Part shown: positions 1 to 14,000 of the stretch, in pieces
Layout of the letters: each line of letters begins with the position of its first letter
How positions within the stretch are numbered: the first letter of the stretch is position 1
Assembly: GCA_044892505.1 (NCBI GenBank)
Contig: CM097883.1
Coordinates: 202,058,001 to 202,122,000 of the forward strand
DNA from: Schmidtea nova
Taxonomy: Eukaryota
Length of the DNA: 64,000 nt
Direction: 5' to 3'
Position numbers and translations under genes: made by a program
The notes under the pieces: model-generated
Databases searched by the model: none
The model's input: the letters and a program-made list of their open reading frames with translations, nothing else
What the model was told of the DNA's origin: nothing

Positions 1-479
1 ATGAAACTAATAATTCTGATGATGAATTGATGAAAGTATTGGAAGAAGCAATAGAGGAAAAGCAATTAATGGAAGCAGTGGAAGAGATTGAAGCGGTGGA
101 AGAGGTGGAAGCGCACGAAAACAAAATTTATGTCCGGCAGTTTAAAAATTTTATTAAATTTTAATTATCAAAAATGTTCAATAACATAATGTCATATTGC
201 AAAACAACAGGCCAATTCGACACCAAAAGCTGCAAAAACTGTTGGCGGCTGGGGTTCCAGCCGAGACCCCGCAGGGTAAACTTACGACGCTCGGTGAATG
301 CCTTCGGAATTAGCGAGCCGTCCACCACTTACAAAATCCACCCTTGGCCCACAAGTTCATATAAAAAATTACATTTGGCATTAGGCTTCAAAAAGTTTGA
401 CACCCCTGGTTTAAAACTTTCTGCTTTCACCTATACATAATATGTTTAGCATCTCTAGATTCTTGTTGTGTCGTGCAGT

Positions 480-3400
480 TCTTTCAAATTTAGAGGAAAA
501 TCTTATTTAAAACAACAAAAATCAAAAATATAACTTCATTTAAGGAGAACGAATTATTATAACAACTTTGCGGATGTTTCTTCAGCTATTCTCTCTCATC
601 AACGCAGAATATGAGGCTGGAATTGGAAGTAGTTTGGACAGCATGGGGCCGGACGGTTTGGAAGGATTCACTCAGAACACGTATGCCCAAACTGAATACA
701 TGCACTGCAGCAAGCTGGGACTGCCACAGCGAGTTAGCAGCTCGGAAGGTCAATAAAACAAAACAAAAAAAACACAAAAAATATTCATTTTATGCAGGTA
801 ATTAAAGGTTTTCAAATCGACAATTCTTTGATAGAGTATATTATCACCATAATGAAACAATACAAGGACATCTGGGATATAACCTGTGTCAGAGTAAAAA
901 GGTTATAGAAAGAGTAAAGCGTCTAGATGGACATACTACAGGATGTCCAAACTATAGCTGTCTCTTTCAACTAAAATAAAAAGAAAATTTTGGCAGAAGC
1001 GTGCCTCACTTTTTTCGTTTTTCTTCCAAAATGTCTGTGCTCAAAAAATTGTCAAAGGTTGTTTAAAAACTTTTCAACTGTTGCAAAAAGTGCTAACAAA
1101 TTTATGCTAGTATTTTTTTGTCTGAAAATGGTACTGCTATTAATATAATTTTCAGATCATTTTTCTTTTTGATGTATTAAAACAAACGTTTTAAAATTTT
1201 TCTTTTCTTTTCTCTTAATATATTTAAATATTAAATATTTTATTTTTTAATAAAATAAATTTTCATTTATGTAGCAAATTTTATTTATTACTCTAATAAA
1301 TTTTATTTTTTACTAAAAAAATTTATTTTTCATAAGATTTAATTACTTTAATTTTAATTTTTACAATTAATTTTACACTTTTTGCATTTATTGCATCAAA
1401 ATTAAGAAAACTATTTATAAAAATCTTTGGATCTTTTATATTTGTCTAATTCTTTAACGAGTTTTTGTTGAATTTTTTATTTATATTTTTCTCGTGTTTA
1501 CTTCCTGCCACTTAGTTCAATTTTTTTATTTTTGTTTTAATTAATTTTTTCCTATATGTTATTGATTTTTTTTTACTTGATGTTTTGCTAAATTATTCGA
1601 GTACACTTCGTGTATAGAAGCTACGTGCTGCGTCTGCACCCACTTCCATGTTGAAAATCTGTTTTTGCCCAACATAATAATTATCCTACATCTGAAAAAT
1701 TTAGAATTTAATTGTTGGTCACAATTTTAACGGACCCCAAATGTTTCATCTTGGGCAAAAACAAAATCCAATTAATTTGAGAGCGATTGATAACATGCAT
1801 GTACTGACCACGCAAGAAGTATACTTAACTATCTAAGCCAACACCGAATAAACAAAAGTAAATAGAAATACATAGGAAAAAATAATTAAAAAAAAGTAAA
1901 ATTTAAATTGAAAAAACGCAAGACGCAACTACGAAAAAACACAAGCATAACAAATTAACAAAAAATTCATTTAAAGAAGTATGTGAATAGAAAAGTCAAA
2001 ACATTTTATAATTAATTATGTTAATTTTCATAGTTTAAATATGAAAAACGTAAAAGTCAATTATAAAATTAAACTAATTAAAATTTATGTAAAATATAAA
2101 CTTAACTTAGTAAAAATAAAATATTCTTTTTTTAAATAAATTAAATTAAACAAAAAAAGTATTCTAGAAGATTTTGTTTTACTGCATCAATTTAATCAAA
2201 TTCTGTGTAAATTGTATAAATAAAGATGCCATTTCATTATTTTTAACACTTGAGAATTCGGAGAAATTTTTGCGAAGAAGTATTAAGTATTCTTTCCGAA
2301 AATTTGAACAATAATATCAGACAGAAGAACAACACCTCTCATCAGTTGAAGAGAAAAATTCACAGGCGCATCGATGCTTAAAAATCTTTTGGAGAGACAT
2401 CATTCTGATTATACAAGGTTTTTCAGTTTGATGTTTTGATCATCCTTCTATTTCAGTCGGCTTTGGCTCATGACCACATTGTTTATGTTATGTATACTAC
2501 AAAATAGAAAATGTTTAGTAAAATTGTTCAATGATTAATGGATACTAAATGAAAGAGCAAACTCAGTAAATTATTTTATTTGTTTTTACTATTTTCTTGA
2601 CCTTCCGTGTCGCTAAGTCGCTATGAGTAACTCAAGCTTGTTTCGATGCAGGTACGATTTCGTCATGGTGACTTTATAAGATTCGGTATTAGCAATTTTG
2701 TTGAAAGAAATCGAGTCAGTAAGAATAGTAATTGATAAATAGAATTGAAAAACCAAATCAAAATGCATAAATTTAAATCTTTTTATTTTAAAATAACCAA
2801 TCATTAACCAAATCTCAATTATTTAAACCATTTACATAAACTTTTACAAATCTGGATTATTTAAACAAACTTCCATAAAAATAAAAGATAATCAAAATAA
2901 ATGTTTTTAACAATTTCTTTAACAATTTTAATTTAACTAATTTTTTTTTCACACTAACAAAAATTTAATTAATTATTTGTAATATTTCTTTCAAATAACA
3001 AAATTCTTATTTTCAGTTTTATTTTAATATTTTTCTTTATATTAAACTTTTTATGTTCATTCATCTGTTAAGCTGCAGAATTGCCAATAATTTGAAAATA
3101 ATATATCTGGAATAGATTTGGGATAATCTATATGGCATTTAAACGCAGTTTAAGATTAAAAGAATTATCATAGGACTATTTGATTGAACTTGACAAACCC
3201 GATAGATTATAAACCATGTGGCTTTCTTTCGAATTTGGCGCGATCATTTAGGATGCTTTGAGTTGAAACGAATTTTGGCGATTGTACTTTATTAAACTCA
3301 TTCTATTGAAACTCTTTTCAAATTCAACAAATCCCACAAACAATGGTACTCATGTCGGCACTGCCGACATCTGTCAATCCGCCGGTTCGAGACGATTTAA

Positions 3401-3970
3401 ATTTTAGTTTTTTTCGTTTCATAGATCGTTGGGCGAAGAAAGAGATTGGCGATTGACAGGTGGTTTTTGGTATTCTGTCATTGAAGTTGGTTGGAGAAAG
3501 AAGTCATTTCTGGAGGTGGCCAATTGGACGTTTGTACGGCATGTTGAATGATTTTTTTTGGTGAAGAAAATTAAGTTCTTTTGATAAACATCCAAAATCT
3601 TTGTAACAAGATGACGAACAGGTGGACATAGAATTTTTCAGTTTGCCATTTGTCAAATGTAAAAATATCCGGTTCACGTCTCTGCATCATGAATTCTTCT
3701 CAGAAACTCACACACACACACTCGAACATGCCCACCGTACAAAAATAAAACTCCCACCACATACGTCCATGTAGGTTCACGAGTTAAGAGTGGAGTTTCT
3801 CAAACTGTCCAACTCAATGCGTTCCATGTGACATCGAAGTCCAGCCTCATACTTACGTAGTTGTAAGAGAACGACCGGATAATCATAAGCAGGATTTTTA
3901 TATTAATTATGTTTCCATTGAAGTTTAATATTTTTTGTTTGTTCTAAATAAATTCTCTGCTAAATTTCAG
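480..3970. repeat. Old, degenerate inverted repeat pairs (~480-680 vs ~3790-3970; ~1270-1590 vs ~1830-2130)
   Basis: Reverse-complement similarity by eye, e.g. tatgaggctgga / tccagcctcata and tttttcctatatg / cataggaaaaa. Confidence 0.45.
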
Positions 3971-5398
3971 AATCAATTTGATACATGCATTACACAGTTA
4001 CAGCAGATAAATGAGCTGTCAGAGATATGAGAAAAAGTACAGGAATTTACATCCAAGTTGTAACAGAACTGTGATTTCTTTTTGTCATAAAAATATTCAC
4101 TAATATATATTGCATTAAAATGTAAAATTGTCTGCAAATCTAGCGCTTTGAAAGTGTGATAGAAATATGATAGCGAGAGAAAATATGTTTGGAAAATATA
4201 TTTTGTTATACTTATAATAATGACCCGGATTCAGTGGAAAGAGGGAAAGAAGAGACGTATTTGTTATATCATAACCGCAACGGAAATTCCAAAAAGATGA
4301 TTTTATTTAAATAAAATTTAACTTTAAACCTTTATCTAGTAAAACTTTTTTTTGAGTTTTTATGATATTTTACTTGGGAATTTTCCCGGTAAATCTGAGT
4401 TTTTCATGTGTAAATTACAGTTTTTTAAAAATTAGAGAGTTAAGCGTTGAGAATTTGACTACGTGAGTGTTTTTTGTGATTTCTGAGAGTTGGCCTTTTT
4501 TTGTTGGAATTTAATGGGTAAAGTGTGTTTATTTGAGAATTTTCAATTTTAGAATTGTGAGAGTCAAGATTTTATTGCGTGTAAATTTCTAGAATTGAAT
4601 TAATTTTTATATTGGGTCAGCCAAATAGGGTTCATATCTAGAAAAAAGGAAATAATAAAATAAACAAATAAATTAAACATAAATTAAATTACCAATATTG
4701 GCAAGAAATCTAAAATAAAACAAGATTAAGACTGGATAATCATGACCCAAATGTTAGTTTGCGCACATTGAGGTGGCTCACCTGCCCTATTAACCTACAC
4801 CGCTCAGTGCAATACCAACGTGAGGCGCAATTAGGGGCAAATTACGGGTACTGGCGCTAGGTTTTCGTGTTTATGTTGGCGGGATTGCCCTAATCCAAAC
4901 ATCAGATAAATCCCAAGTTGACTAATACCAGCCAGCACACCAACAATTACATGTAAAATGATCAGTTTTTATAAAAATTTTGAAAATATAAAATATAAAA
5001 TGAAATAATCACAGTATTACGTAACGAAGAAAAAAAATAAATCCTGCCGTGATTTTAAAGCGAAATCATTATTGGTTCGAATATTTACACTTAGATATTA
5101 GAATAAAATTATAATTCAAAATTTCAGCTTTAAATTAAATTAATTGTATGAATTGTATATTTGAATGATACGCCCAAATCAGTAATCAAAATCAAATCAA
5201 TAAAAACTATCCAAAACGAAATACACATATTCATAGCAACCAACTACAAATTTTATTGGTTGTCAAGGATAAGTATCAATGTTATTGGAAACTTCTTATT
5301 TTAGTGACCCAATTTAAGACGAATAAAATTTCACAATAAAAAATATTGTCGAGAATAGATTAAAAAAATTCAGAAAAATCTACAAATCTATTACATTG

Positions 5399-5563
5399 TT
5401 AAGAGCACTTCCACAACACAATAGCCATATTTCCTCCGAAATACATATACAAAAGATTTTTTGTTTCATGAGTTATTTCAAAGCCGTATCCTTCTCCAAT
5501 GATAACATGCCAAGCAGCTCCAAATTTTTTGTCCATAGTTTCCTTAACCATTTTTGCTGCAGC
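5399..5563 (-). CDS. DNAL4: Dynein axonemal light chain 4, coding exon 3 (AAAKMVKETMDKKFGAAWHVIIGEGYGFEITHETKNLLYMYFGGNMAIVLWKCS*)
   Basis: Manual translation; LC8-family motif MDKKFG..WHVIIGEG.GFEITHE; AG acceptor at 5565-5564; TAA stop at 5401-5399. Confidence 0.95.
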   Translation of the reverse strand, partial: AAAKMVKETMDKKFGAAWHVIIGEGYGFEITHETKNLLYMYFGGNMAIVLWKCS

Positions 5564-5791
5564 CTTAAAAAATAATCAATCAATTGATTTATAGACTCAA
5601 ATCTATTCGAATTGTTACAAAAATTTTCAAAATTAACAGATTTGTCTATTAATCAATTAAAAGTAAATAATTAAGGTAATTTCTTAACTCGTGGCGCAAA
5701 TATCAAAAAATTTGATTTCACATTTGTTTTACATGCATTTTAAATTTATTTAAAATTCTAAAATCAAATGGAAAACATCAAATCAAGAAAG

Positions 5792-6069
5792 CAGTGATTC
5801 TTGACCAAGAGGCCATAAAATATTTGCCATGGGTCTATAAAATTATATAGAAAAACCATATATAACCTATCCAAGATAAATCTTTATTTCGGAAAAGTTT
5901 TTTAATGCAAATTGTATATAAATTCCAGATAAAAATAAACTTTTGAATTTCGAAAATTTCCAAAGACGTTTTTAATTTTATATTCTTTTACATCTTTATG
6001 AATGTTAAATTTTAATATTAAAATAATAACATATCGATACAAAAACTATAGAAATGGTAAGAATCACTG
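5792..6069. mobile_element. Small MITE with hAT-like TIR CAGTGATTCTT
   Basis: cagtgattctt at 5792 and aagaatcactg ending at 6069; no clear TSD. Confidence 0.5.
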
Positions 6070-6412
6070 CGCTAAAAGATTAGAAAATTCATAAAATTTC
6101 TTTCATGGAAGAAATTTTAATCATCTCAAAAAATTTAAGCATCATCCACATGAAGTGAAAATCTTGTTTTTGGTTGCCTAATAAACATTGAAAGGCTGAA
6201 AGTATGATAATTCAAAATTTGAATATTTTTTCCACCAATATATTTGATTTAATAAATTTCATTATAATAAATAATACATAACAAAACAAACATGGCATTA
6301 AAATAATTAACAACAAACACCAATCCAAATATATATTCTACACAATATATTTCGAGAACTTCATTCTCATCATCAGGCGCTATTCATTCTACCTGTAGTG
6401 CCTCTACTTTAC

Positions 6413-6489
<77 letters not shown>

Positions 6490-6496
6490 TAATCAT

Positions 6497-6699
6497 AATT
6501 ATCTTTTTTCACCTTTGATCTTTTTTTATTATTATTATCAATAATTCCCATAATGATGACTATAGATCAAAATTTATTTTATAAACAATAACACAATATT
6601 TCGGCACAGCCTTTTCAAGTGCGTAAAAGGCGATAAAGGCTGTGCCGAAATATTGAGTTATTGTTTATAAAAAAAATTTTGACCTATAGTCAATTATTG

Positions 6700-6700
<1 letters not shown>
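6497..6700. mobile_element. Palindromic repeat, probable Penelope-like pLTR inverted pair, between (TA)n tracts
   Basis: Arms ...tatagatcaaaatt...tatttcggcacagcc / ggctgtgccgaaata...; same family at 9285, 21608 and 32698. Confidence 0.6.
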
Positions 6701-6785
<85 letters not shown>

Positions 6786-6917
6786 TAAAATATACTAAAT
6801 TATTATATTAAAAAGGACTTTTTGTTTTTTTAAGAACAGTACAAAGAGCAATACAGAAATTTTCGAATCGCCAACAATCACACCAATTAATTCATAAACA
6901 ATAGAATAAGAAAAATA

Positions 6918-7650
6918 ATGAGACCGAATGTCGTTATTTTTTACATATGTATAAAATATTTACATATCGAAACAAGAGGAAATCCTATAAATATTAAACC
7001 GCGAAGACAGCCAGTTAATCTGCAATTTAAGATAGACGAAGCAATCGATAATTATTGGAGGAAAAATATCATAAAGAAGCGTAACTCTCCATGGAACACT
7101 CCGTTAATTTGTGTATAGAAGAAAAAGAAACAGGATATTAGATTGTTTCTAGATTTCAAGTAATTAAATCTTAAAACGGAGAGACAAGCATTTTCGATGC
7201 CAAATATAGCAGAAATGTTAAACAAGTTGAACGGAGCAAAGCACTTCAGCTTAATTGACTTGGATAATGCGTACTACCAAGTGGAACTAGAAGAATCAAA
7301 ACAGAAGCTTGAGTTTTGAACAAAAATGGGAAAGTTTTGTTTCAAGAGAATGCCTTTTGGTATCACAGCAGCAACAAAAACGTTTCAGGAACTTATGCTG
7401 AAAGTATTACAGAATATGGAGAACACAGTGGTGTACCTAGTTGATATTTGGATATTCACGAATTCAATGAAGGACCATTACGAGGTATTAGAGGAATCCA
7501 GAGTGAAAGACAAAGACAGATATGAAGGTCCGTATCAACTTGTGCAGGAAATTCATGACCGACGTTATATATTACAGGATAAATAGGGAAGAGCAATAGA
7601 GAGAAATGTCGAAAAAAATGAAGAAATTCCTTAAAGAAGGGGTTGTGAGA
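6918..7650 (+). pseudogene. Gypsy/Ty3 reverse transcriptase fragment joined to the pol C-terminal end
   Basis: SPWNTPL, RMPFG, degenerate YLDD (VYLVDI), YEGPY; stop codons present. Confidence 0.8.
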
Positions 7651-8871
7651 GGACACGTTTTTAAAACGGACATTATTTTATTATTTTTAATTAAAAAATA
7701 ATTTATAAATATACAATTATTAAATATTTGTTTAAATAATATAACAGATTTTTGAATTAAATAATAATTACAATGACTTTGGATTTTTTAAATACAACTG
7801 AAGCTGACGATTTTATTTCAGCTAACAGTTTCCTTGACCATTTTTGCTGCGTTCGAAATGAAATTCTTTTCAGTAGACTTTTTACTTCTTCCTAATGATT
7901 TTCTTTATTTTTCTCAATAATGATTTTAATATCAAAATTAAAACAAGTTAAAATTTTTCAATTTATTTTTGTAATAAATTTTACTATACCAATAAAATTA
8001 TGTTCATATACAATGGTTTTTGTTTATTTTTGGAGTCACGCTTAATTTGCAGTAGTTTTAATTATCTGTTTTCTGGAATGCCAATGCATTTTGGTTGCCA
8101 ACCGCTGGTCTAGTATACATTTATTGAAAAAATAAAATTTCACACATTAAAATAAGTTGTTTAATTCTAAAAAATTGATTATTCCTATTAAAAAAGTGAA
8201 ACCAAACAACTGCATTTTAGAACAAATACTGGGTTTACTGACATGACTTTCCATTTTTTATATTGTTATTACCAATTTATTTATCAGTAGAAATGTTGTT
8301 TTCATTTGAGAATATACAAAAGTTAGGTGGGTCCTACAATTTTCAGACTTTCAGGGTTGTAAAATTAATTAAAAAGAAATTAATAAATTGCAATAATGAA
8401 CAATCCACCCTACCGCATTTTTAACAGATTTCTTTTTTGTTTCGTCCTTCACCACATATCTTTATATTCCATATAAAATATTCATCACATATTAATATTT
8501 TTACTTTCTGGAGTTATCTCTAGTAATAACGTTATGAATAAATGATGATTAATGTAAATTATCAAGTTCAATATTAATATGCAAAATGTATTTACCACAA
8601 TATTTATCTTAAATATAAATAAGTATATTAACTAGTTTGAAGTTGTAAATATTAAATAAAATTTCTATAATTGTGGTATCACTCAGAAATGATTAATCCT
8701 AAAATAATTTAATTTATTTTTAATGTTTTCTAAAATAATGAAAAGCCAGTCAAAAATTTTGAATATAATTTTGAAATAATAATTATGGAATATTGAAATT
8801 TGTTTTGTATGTGAGGAATTGTTTACATCAATTTAAGCCCTTGTTGTTTTACTTTTTTAAATACATCATTT

Positions 8872-9033
8872 ATGATTATTTAAAAGAAATTTCATAACAG
8901 CAAAATAAAAATTTTTATTTATTAAACACTACACTGAAAAAATAAAAATTATACGAGCCAGACTTGTGATTGTTTCACAAAGCAAATTTAAATTTACACC
9001 AGTCAGACTCGTGTTTACTGTAAAAGGGGTTAA
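8872..9033. repeat. Transposon-end fragment (TTAA-CC terminus, piggyBac-like); inverted copy at 18319-18479
   Basis: agtcagactcgtgtttactgtaaaaggggttaa versus ttaacctttgtacagtaaacacgagtctgact. Confidence 0.55.
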
Positions 9034-9284
9034 AAGACTCAAATCAGAATGTTTGTTCAAAAAATACATAATTTGAAAAACAGTAAATTTTACGTTCGGC
9101 TTAGTTATTGTGGAAAAAGAAAACGTATGTCACTAAAACCGATAGCTATATTATTATTTTTGTGTTTTATTAAATCAGTTTTGTTGGTTGCAAAGGAAAA
9201 ATTTGAATTCAAAGTTCATTTTAGAAATACATGTTTAAACTCACGATGATGAAATAAATATTATTTCGAATGAAAATAATAATT

Positions 9285-9500
9285 ATTTTCAATAATTCCC
9301 ATAATGACTATAGATCAAAATTTCTTTAAAAAAAGTACACAATATTTCAGCACAGCCTTTATCAAGTGTGTATATATAAATACACACTTGATAAAGGCTG
9401 TGCCGAAATATTGTGTACTTTTTTAAAAGAAATTTTGATCTATAGTCATTATGGGAATTATTGAAAATAATAATAAAAAAAGATCAAAGGTGAAAATAAT
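9285..9500. mobile_element. Palindromic Penelope-like pLTR pair carrying a minimal hammerhead-like motif
   Basis: Near-perfect hairpin; cttgataaaggctgtgccgaaatatt core. Confidence 0.6.
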
Positions 9501-10760
9501 AAATCAAGAAATATTTTTGATGAAATAGTTGAATATTCTAAATTCGTTAATATTACAAATGAATTATTGCATGAAAATTTATATGAAGTAAGATTAAATA
9601 TAATAATAGAAAATGAAGCTGTTGATGAGATAAATTATGTTGTACATATCTATGAAAATAGGACTAGTTATGATAAAACCACAAATGATAAGATTGAGAA
9701 AAATACATTTAAAAATTTAAATACCCAACAAAAATATAATGTAAATTACTTTTATTATAAAATTTCTATAACAAATAAAAGTGTATTAATAATATTAAAA
9801 ACAATATCTATACTATATTAAATGATTCTAGGAAAAAATACCAACTGGAAAAAATATCAACTATAAAAAATACCAGCTGGAAAAATACCAACCTAACCCT
9901 TAACCATAACCTCCTAATGCAACCAGCCATGCTAGTTGGTATTATTTCCCAAAGCCATATTAAATACCGTAAAACACTTAGTGGGCCACTAACTACCTAC
10001 TTTTAAAGATTTTGATTTTCTTTATAATTTCCATATGACCACGTTGTTTCATTCAAAATAATGTTCAATTTTATTAAAATAGTGTAATGTATCAAATTAA
10101 GAAAAAAGAAAAAGACAGTTTTTGAAAATATTTTCAACGGTAAGAGTCAAAAACCAATACTACTATTTATTTAAAAAACCAGTGACCTTAAACGTCCATT
10201 GGAAGTAGAAATGAACCTAGTCCAAATTTGAGAAACATTTATCTTAAAAGAAATAAATTGCCTAATTTTAAAAAATTTATTTCAATATAAAAATTAATGC
10301 GAATGAACTTGTATTGGAGAACTCAACGTTCCTTAATGGGGTGATACGTTTCCATAATTATTTGTCATAGCAAACGAAAGTAGGTCAATTAACTGTAAGA
10401 AATGAAATATCATTACTTTCAATGGATTTCTGTGCACAATTAAAACAAATCAAAATTTAACTGTTAAAAGTACAAGTGAAATTTTTATTTGAATTTGTTA
10501 CTTTTATCGATTGTTTTTATAACAACTAAAACGGTTTTTTTTATCCAATACACATTTACCACTTGTTCATTAGGAAAGTGCTTTTTAAAACGAGAAATTC
10601 TGATTGCTTCAAGAAGAGTACTTAAATATTTAATAAAAAACCGAAAAATGTCAGCCATGGAGTTGGTTGGAAAAAATAATAAAAAAATATTCCGTGTCCA
10701 ACAGAAGTATAAACTAACTGCTTAAATTATTTCTATGCATTTTCTGAATTTATTAATTAC

Positions 10761-10844
10761 CTCATTACTTGAAGAAAACTTTTCACATGCTGTTACAATA
10801 AGTTCCATTGCCTCAGTACGAATTTCCTCAGACATGTCGGAATA
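10761..10844 (-). CDS. DNAL4: DNAL4 coding exon 2 (YSDMSEEIRTEAMELIVTACEKFSSSNE, 84 nt)
   Basis: cag acceptor and gtaatt donor; phase 0/0; matches the SDM.EEMR.E.MEL.VTACEKF segment of DNAL4. Confidence 0.95.
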
Positions 10845-11571
10845 CTGGAATAATAAAAGAACATGATTAATACGCAACAAATATATTAGAATTAATTTTA
10901 AAGAACGGAACCGATAAAAACTTTTATGGACCGCCAGATAATTTAAAAAATCAAGTTCAATTTTTATTTGAATTTTTTAGACGGGGGCAAGAGAAGCTAG
11001 CGGTTATTGATGAAGTGATTAAATCATAAATAATATATAATATATATTATATAAACTCAACAATTTTTTTTCGATTTCGCATTATCATTCCGGGCTCGAA
11101 TTAGGTTTGACTCTTTCTCTGAGAAGCCATCATCACGAAATAGTCATTATATAGTTAAAACAATTCCTAAGGTCATTTTATCAATAAGTTATATCGTTGG
11201 TTCTCAATATTTTTTTCTCTAGTGGGAAAACTTAAGTATTTAAAATTTTATCGGTACACTGAAGTATTTTAACGAAGGCTACTAAAATTAATAAANNNNN
11301 NNNNNNNNNNNNNNNNNNNNNNNNNNNNNNNNNNNNNNNNNNNNNNNNNNNNNNNNNNNNNNNNNNNNNNNNNNNNNNNNNNNNNNNNNNNNNNNNNNNN
11401 NNNNNNNNNNNNNNNNNNNNNNNNNAAAAAAATTTTATTAATATATATAAGAATGAAAGAATATAATAATTAATTAAAAAATAATAATGAAACAAAAAAA
11501 TAATTTAATTATATAATATTAATTTCATATATAGAGATTAATATAATCATTATTTTTATTATAATAATTTT

Positions 11572-11612
<41 letters not shown>

Positions 11613-12510
11613 CTACCAATTTAAAAAAAAAATTTGATTTATTAACCACTGAGAATAGCTATTTATTCTTGATTCGTAATTAAACTGCCAGACAGTTTCT
11701 ATGAAAAATTATTATTCATAATTTTAAATTAAATGCTACAAAACGGAATATTTCATTTGTTAGCAGTGTAAATGAACTCAATGCAAAGGACTACATGAAA
11801 GATACTATGAATCAATGAAATATTAATTGATTGAAATACGAACTGATATATTTTAGAAGGGGAAAAGGCAAAAGAAATATAGAACCAGAAATTGTTATTG
11901 AAGCAATAATTGAGAATTTTATTAAAGAGTAATTGTTTATTCCAAAGAAATCACCTGGTAGTTCACCTTTGGTAAACTTACCCATGTATTAACTGTCAAT
12001 ACCGATTGGTTGTTAGATTGTGTCATAGACGAAAAAACAGTTATTTGTTGGATTCTAGTTATTTGATCAAAGAGACGCACAGATTCAGCAAATTTAATCT
12101 TAATGGTAAGATTTAAAAATAAACCCAACAATTATCATCAAATAAAGTTTAAAATCAACAATTAGTTATCCATAAATACTTATCAAAGTTGTAATACAAA
12201 GAAATTGATTTGATTATTGATTTATTGAGTAGAGTTATTGTTGGGCTACACAAAAGACTATACAAAAATATATTTAAAAAAAAATAATTTAAAATGGTCT
12301 GACTTCTGAAATAGGCTGAGAAAGAAAATGGACTCATTAGTTTGAGTACTCAAGAAATGGAAAAACAGGAATATTTATAATTCATGATTTAATAAATCAA
12401 GAAAACTGCATTTCTCACAATTAAACAGATTCGGAAGTGAAAACGAAAAATATAAAAATAAGTAAAAATTTTATTAACGACGTTTGATGATGGATTTACA
12501 TAGTGTAGTC

Positions 12511-14000
12511 CAGTGATGGTGAAGCTTTTTGACAAGGGGGTCACAATTGAATTTATTTTTTGAAAATATCAACATACGAGTCAAGTATTATTTACGTTAT
12601 TAAAAATTTAACAAAAATTCATGTAAATATAATATGATTTTATTTATTATACATTAATTAGATATATCTTAGAACACATTCGTATGAATATTATTTTATA
12701 ATTAAAAAAAATAATGCAAACCTTGTTGTTGCTTCTTTTCTATTAATTCTTGTATATTTTGTTCATACTTAGAATTCATTACTTTTACACATTCGGTTGT
12801 CATTTCATTACCAAGTCTATTTCTTTGCGTGGATTTTATAAAATTCATTGATGAAGACAACGTTTCACATACATATGTTGAACCAAACATTGTTAAAAGA
12901 GCGTTTGCCAGTTTTTTTCATTGTATTAAATGTATATGGTAAAGAATCCCACTCTTTTAATATTAAATTATCAGTTCTTTGTTCGAATACCTTTTTCTTA
13001 TTATGAAAAATATTTTCTGAATCTTGTTTCTGTAAATCTGTTATTAAATATTCAAATTTATTTTTCCACATAAAACTGTTTTGGAATTCTGCTAATTCCA
13101 TTTCTAAATTTACATCAGCTAACCAAGTGAGCTCTTCTAATTTCAAATTCTTAAATTCTATCTTGTGTGGATATAATATAAATTGTAATGTTTTTCTAAT
13201 ACCTTAAATTCACTAAATCTATCCAGAAAAACTTGTTTTATTTCCTGTATAATGGTTAAATATTTTTTAATTGTATGTTCCTGTGTAATAATACTATTTT
13301 CAAAGTTTTCAGTTGCTTCAAAATGTTTTTGCAGATATTTCAATATTTTCATGTTCAAATCATTACTAAATATATCAAGTTTTGTCATAAATGTTTCAAT
13401 GTTTTCAAACATAGTTAATACAACATGACCAGGTTCTTGGAGTTTTTTATTCAGTTCAATAAAATGCTGAGTGATATCAGAGAAAAACATTAAGTCATTT
13501 AGTCATTCTATATTTGATAATTTGCAAGTTTTGTGTAACAACTTATGTTCGTGCTCTCATCTAAAGAAATTAAATACATTTCGGCACATTTTAAATCGTT
13601 CTTTAGTTGAGAAGAAGTATTTTTATCTAATCTTAATATTCGTTCCTTAATTGTATTGCGGCATATAGACAACTCATTAATGCGCTTTATTATCAAGTCT
13701 TTTTCTTTAAAATCAGCAAAAGGGTACCACTACATTCCAAAAATGCTTCTTTTAAAATCACCTTCCAAAAGAGGTTTTCCATGTCATGCGATACAATGTG
13801 CTACATGAAAACTAGCAGCTGTAATATTGTTTTTAGGAATTATAAATGTTTTTAATATATTGGCTTGTGATTTATATTCTTTCAGCTTTTGAGAAAAATA
13901 TTCTTTTTCTTCTTTGTCATTTAAGGGAAACAAGATTTGTATGTATCTTTTCAAAATGTCATTTTACATTGTAAGTACGACACGTGACATTTTCCTTGCA
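12511..14000 (-). mobile_element. Degenerate hAT transposon (EPM2AIP1/GTF2IRD2/SPIN-like transposase remnants)
   Basis: Fragments ISLDEST, FFSDITQH..ELN..LQ and MFGSTYVCE...S.MN (dimerisation domain); CAGTGATGG terminus at 12511; the other end is uncertain (~15615). Confidence 0.8.

Noticed and set aside
174-805. Short ORFs at the window start
   Set aside because: No recognisable domains; they overlap degenerate repeat sequence
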